NCBI GenBank assembly: GCA_050015075.1
Contig: JBEKCB010000001.1
Location: 1-64,000 of the forward strand
Source of the DNA: Candidatus Brocadiia bacterium
GTDB taxonomy: Bacteria; Planctomycetota; Brocadiia; CAIUPP01
Reading direction: 5' to 3'
DNA length: 64,000 nucleotides
Shown one piece after another: positions 60,443-64,000 of this stretch. Within the stretch, counting starts at the first letter, position 1. Each line of letters opens with the position of its first letter. Under the pieces are notes generated by a model. The model saw nothing but the letters and a program-made list of their open reading frames with translations, was not told the DNA's origin and did no database searches. Position numbers and translations under genes: made by a program.

Positions 60443-61348
60443 TCACGCTTTCGGGATAAGGATCGGCGCGAGGCACGCGGGACAACGGCCCTTTCTGCCG
60501 GCGAATTCGCGTTTTGCCTTGAGGAGCTTGCCGCAGGTGCAGAGGATCGGGATCGTGTCCTCCCGCGGGATCGGCATGGGATTGCCCGGTGGCGCCGGAT
60601 AGCGGACCGCCGTGCTGTCCGCGGTCGCGGCCTCCAGAGCGCTCCGCGCCACGCGGTCGCGCCACGCCGTCCTCAGCCCGAAGATATCCAGCAGCGTCCG
60701 CTCGGTGTCGTCCATCGAAACCCGCCGCAGTTGCATCAGCACGATCGCCAGGACAAACCCGGCCGCGAATCCGCCGATGTGCGCCCAGTACGCCACGCCG
60801 CCCAGTCCCAGCGCGGCGCCGAGAATGTCGAAGGCCAGCCAGAGCAGCATGATCCAGTAGCTGCTCACCTCGAACCATCCGTACCGGATGTAGAAGAAAA
60901 GCCAGGCGAAGTAAAAGCAGCTGATCTCGTTGGTCGGGAACCACACCAGGCACATGGCCATGACGCCGCTGATGGCGCCGCTCGCGCCGATGGCCGGATG
61001 GTCGCTGAAGAGCACGTGCGCCATGCCCGCCAGGATGCCCAGCCCGACGAAGAGGAACGGGTATGCGGCGTTCCCCACCTTCTCGCAGACGGCGTTGCCG
61101 AAGACCCACAGGAAAACCATGTTGCCGGCGAGGTGGAAGATGCCGCCGTGGAGAAAGATGTGGCCGACCAGGCCGAGGGGATTCCATCCGTTCAGCACGA
61201 ACGACCCGATGGCCGGAGTTCCCGCGAGGCCGCCCGCGCCGAACTGCTCGAGGAGGTAACAGACGACCAGCAGCGCGAGGATGACATAGTTGGCGATAGG
61301 CCGCCGGTAAAGCGGAACGTCCACGTGGTAGGGCACGAGCAGGAACAT
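60443..61348 (-). CDS. Rhomboid intramembrane serine protease with a C-terminal zinc ribbon
   Basis: HGGIFHLAGNM, GASG, AHIGG and tail CTCGK...CPAC. Confidence 0.9.
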   Translation of the reverse strand: MFLLVPYHVDVPLYRRPIANYVILALLVVCYLLEQFGAGGLAGTPAIGSFVLNGWNPLGLVGHIFLHGGIFHLAGNMVFLWVFGNAVCEKVGNAAYPFLFVGLGILAGMAHVLFSDHPAIGASGAISGVMAMCLVWFPTNEISCFYFAWLFFYIRYGWFEVSSYWIMLLWLAFDILGAALGLGGVAYWAHIGGFAAGFVLAIVLMQLRRVSMDDTERTLLDIFGLRTAWRDRVARSALEAATADSTAVRYPAPPGNPMPIPREDTIPILCTCGKLLKAKREFAGRKGRCPACLAPILIPKA

Positions 61349-61504
61349 GCGCTGTTTCCCCTTGCCGGAATGACCTCGCCGACAGGCAGCGTAGCAGTTC
61401 CTCCGCGAAAATCAACCGTCCCTGAGCGGTTTACCCGGCTGACGGTCTTATGGTATCCTTGGGCGCCGTGCGCCGGTGGCCGGAATTATCGGAAGGGAAA
61501 AAGC

Positions 61505-62008
61505 ATGGCGGTGGAAAGTCTCTGGGCGCCGTGGCGGATGGAGTTCATTCGCGGGCTCGGCGGCAAGCCCGACGGCTGTTTCATCTGCGACGCCGCCGCG
61601 GCCAGCGAGGACCGGCAGAACCTGGTCGTCCGCCGCGGCCGCACCGCGTTCTGCATGCTCAACCGCTATCCTTACAACAACGGGCACCTGCTCATCTCGC
61701 CCTTCCGGCACGAGGGCAAGATTGAGTCGCTCTCCCGCGAAGAACTCGCCGAGATTCTCTCGATGACCATCGAGTCGAAGAAGCTGCTCGACCGCCTGAT
61801 GTACCCGAACGGATACAACATCGGCGTCAACCTCGGCCGCGCGGCGGGCGCCGGGCTGGAGGAGCACTTTCACCTGCACGTCGTCCCGCGCTGGTCGGGC
61901 GACACGAACTTCGTGACCACCGTCGGCTCGGTCAAGGTCATCCCGCAGGCGCTCGACGAACTCTGGGCGATGATGGACGCGGAGTGGAAGAAGGAATCGC
62001 CGTGCTGA
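61505..62008 (+). CDS. HIT family nucleotide hydrolase
   Basis: LWAPWR, CFIC, LNRYPYNNGH and HFHLHVVPRW. Confidence 0.92.
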   Translation: MAVESLWAPWRMEFIRGLGGKPDGCFICDAAAASEDRQNLVVRRGRTAFCMLNRYPYNNGHLLISPFRHEGKIESLSREELAEILSMTIESKKLLDRLMYPNGYNIGVNLGRAAGAGLEEHFHLHVVPRWSGDTNFVTTVGSVKVIPQALDELWAMMDAEWKKESPC

Positions 62009-63153
62009 ACCGCGAGGAGATCGAGAGACGCGAGGAGCGCGAGCTGGCGCCTTATGCGATGCGCAGCGGGCGCTCGCGCGGGCGCGCGCACGGCGAGCCG
62101 GAGCACCCGCTCCGCCCGGCCTACCAGCGCGACCGCGAGCGCGTGATCCACTCGACCGCCTTCCGCCGCCTGCAGTACAAGACGCAGGTCTTCGTCAACC
62201 ACGAGGGAGACCACTACCGCACGCGGCTGACGCACACGATCGAGGTGGCGCAGATCGCCCGCGCGATCGCGCGCTTCCTGAACTTGAACGAGGACCTCGC
62301 CGAGGCCGTCGCGCTCGCGCACGACCTGGGGCACACGCCGTTCGGCCACTCCGGCGAGGACGCGCTCCGCGAGCTGATGAAGGGGCACGGCGGCTTCGAG
62401 CACAACCTCCACGGCCTGCGCGTGGTGGACGTCCTCGAGCGCCGCTACCCGCAGTTCCGCGGCCTGAACCTGACCTGGGAAGTGCGCGAGTCCATCGCCA
62501 AGCACGTCACGACGTACGATCACCCCGCCACGCGCGATTTCGATCCGGGCCTGCGGCCACTGCTCGAGGCGCAGGTCGTCGAGGCGGCTGACAGCATCGC
62601 CTACGTCTCGCACGACCTCGACGACGGCCTCGGCGCGGGGATCCTCGACGCGAGCGTCTTCGAGAAAGTCGAGCTGCTCACCGTGGTCGCGCGCGAGGTG
62701 AGCCCGCTGCATCCCGACCTCTCCGCGCGCGATCACCGCAACGAGGCCGTCCGCACGCTCATCAACCTGCTCGTCACCGACCTATGCCGCACGACGGCGG
62801 AACGGCTGCAGGAGATGGACATCGCCTCCGTCGAGGCCGTCCGCCGCGCGCCGGGCAACCTGGTGGCGCACTCGCCGGACATGCACCGGCTCAAGGACGA
62901 CCTGCAGAAGCACCTGCACCAGCAGGTGTACCTGCACTACCGCGTTGCGCGGATGGCGAACAAGGCGCGGCGGCTGGTGAAGGAGATTTTCGAGGAGTAC
63001 ATCCTGCACCCGAGGCAGCTCCCGCCCGACTATCAGGAGTGGACTGAGCAGGCCGGGCTGCACCAGGGCGTGTGCGACTACGTGGCCGGGATGACCGACC
63101 GCTACGCCCAGGAGGAATATGCCAAGCTCTTCTCGCCGACCGAGCGCACCTGA
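62002..63153 (+). CDS. dgt: Deoxyguanosinetriphosphate triphosphohydrolase
   Basis: AFRRLQYKTQVF, RTRLTH, AHDLGHTPFGHSGE and DYVAGMTDRYA. GTG start overlaps the HIT gene. Confidence 0.93.
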   Translation: MLNREEIERREERELAPYAMRSGRSRGRAHGEPEHPLRPAYQRDRERVIHSTAFRRLQYKTQVFVNHEGDHYRTRLTHTIEVAQIARAIARFLNLNEDLAEAVALAHDLGHTPFGHSGEDALRELMKGHGGFEHNLHGLRVVDVLERRYPQFRGLNLTWEVRESIAKHVTTYDHPATRDFDPGLRPLLEAQVVEAADSIAYVSHDLDDGLGAGILDASVFEKVELLTVVAREVSPLHPDLSARDHRNEAVRTLINLLVTDLCRTTAERLQEMDIASVEAVRRAPGNLVAHSPDMHRLKDDLQKHLHQQVYLHYRVARMANKARRLVKEIFEEYILHPRQLPPDYQEWTEQAGLHQGVCDYVAGMTDRYAQEEYAKLFSPTERT

Positions 63154-63165
63154 GAGGATGAAGCG

Positions 63166-64000
63166 ATGACGCCGTGGCGTCCCAGCCTGGCGAGCCCGTG
63201 GACCCGGCCGGACATGGAGCGGATCCTGGAAGACGCCCTGCGCGTCCTGGCGGAGATCGGCGTCGAGTGCCGGCAGCCGGTGATGGTCGAGCGGCTGGCG
63301 GCGCGGTTCGGATCGTATGCGGACCCGCGCGTGCGGTTCGACCCCAAGCGCGTGCGGGCGCATCTGGAGGCGACGCGCGCGCGGGCGCTAAAAGGCGCGG
63401 CGGGCTCGGACGACGAGGAGTTCAGCCTCGGCGGCTGCTGGGCAGGCATCAATTACTGCGACCCGGAGACCCAGGCCGTCCGCCCGGCCCGCAGCGACGA
63501 ATGCGCGCAGATGTGCCGCCTGTGGGACGCGCGCGAGATCGCCGGCGTGGTCCCGGTCGTGCCCGGCGACGTCCCGCCGGAGATTCAGACCCTCGCCGCA
63601 GAACGCATCGCCTTGAAGAACTCCCGGCGTCTCGGCGGCTGCCTGCCGGTGCTGGACGCGGAGGAGGCGCGCTACCTCATAGACATGAACCTCGCCGCGG
63701 GACGGCGCTACGTCCTGGCCGAGCAGATCTGCATCAGCCCGCTGCGGTTCAACGACCGGGGAATCGAGACGGCGCTGGCCTTCCTGGAAAATCCCGCCGT
63801 CGAGGTGGCGCTGTGGGGATTCATCCCGATGGCCGGCGCCAGTTGCCCGCTCGATCCGCGCAGCGCGGTGGTCCAGTCCGTCGCCGAGGAACTCGCCCAC
63901 AGCATGGCCGCCGACGCGCTGGGTCTGCCGCAGAGCGGCTTCGAGCTGGGAGTCTCGCCTTTCGACTTCCAGTACGGCTTGATCGTCTTCGGCTCGCCGG
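63166..64000 (+). CDS. Trimethylamine methyltransferase (MttB)-superfamily protein, 3'-truncated by the window edge
   Basis: Open frame from ATG 63166 (not in the ORF track) reading ERILEDALRVLAEIGV, ISPLRF, PMAGASCP...VQSVAE and FGSP. Confidence 0.72.
   Translation, partial: MTPWRPSLASPWTRPDMERILEDALRVLAEIGVECRQPVMVERLAARFGSYADPRVRFDPKRVRAHLEATRARALKGAAGSDDEEFSLGGCWAGINYCDPETQAVRPARSDECAQMCRLWDAREIAGVVPVVPGDVPPEIQTLAAERIALKNSRRLGGCLPVLDAEEARYLIDMNLAAGRRYVLAEQICISPLRFNDRGIETALAFLENPAVEVALWGFIPMAGASCPLDPRSAVVQSVAEELAHSMAADALGLPQSGFELGVSPFDFQYGLIVFGSP

Overview
GC-rich bacterial chromosomal window; gene content and intergenic repeat style suggest Planctomycetota/PVC (inference). It is densely coding and mostly housekeeping or accessory metabolism: a 5'-truncated alpha-2-macroglobulin, a TetR-MFS-TolC-MFS efflux operon, rnr, tyrA, a PAS-GGDEF cyclase, an orphaned DNA methyltransferase facing a truncated partner gene, a CzcA/CusA-type RND system, an ECF sigma/dockerin anti-sigma pair, speB-pdaD, cstA, hppA, wrbA, nikR with a Ni/Co ECF transporter, a DUF4160/DUF2442 toxin-antitoxin pair, HIT-dgt and corrinoid methyltransferase-like genes. 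I saw no rRNA, tRNA, CRISPR array or transposase. The standout is 56223-58856: a signal-peptide protein with three tandem, apparently intact Hint (intein-like) domains separated only by KG and KGGGGG linkers inside a Gly-rich leader, followed by a TM helix and two Tim44-like domains. It may be a self-processing peptide-splicing or ligation system. Intergenic spaces hold at least four palindromic repeat families (CTAG-hairpin arrays bracketing the efflux operon, a 49-bp GTAG three-way-junction REP, a 106-124-bp nested inverted repeat, and a MITE with a CTAA duplication). All family assignments come from motif recognition by eye, not database searches.
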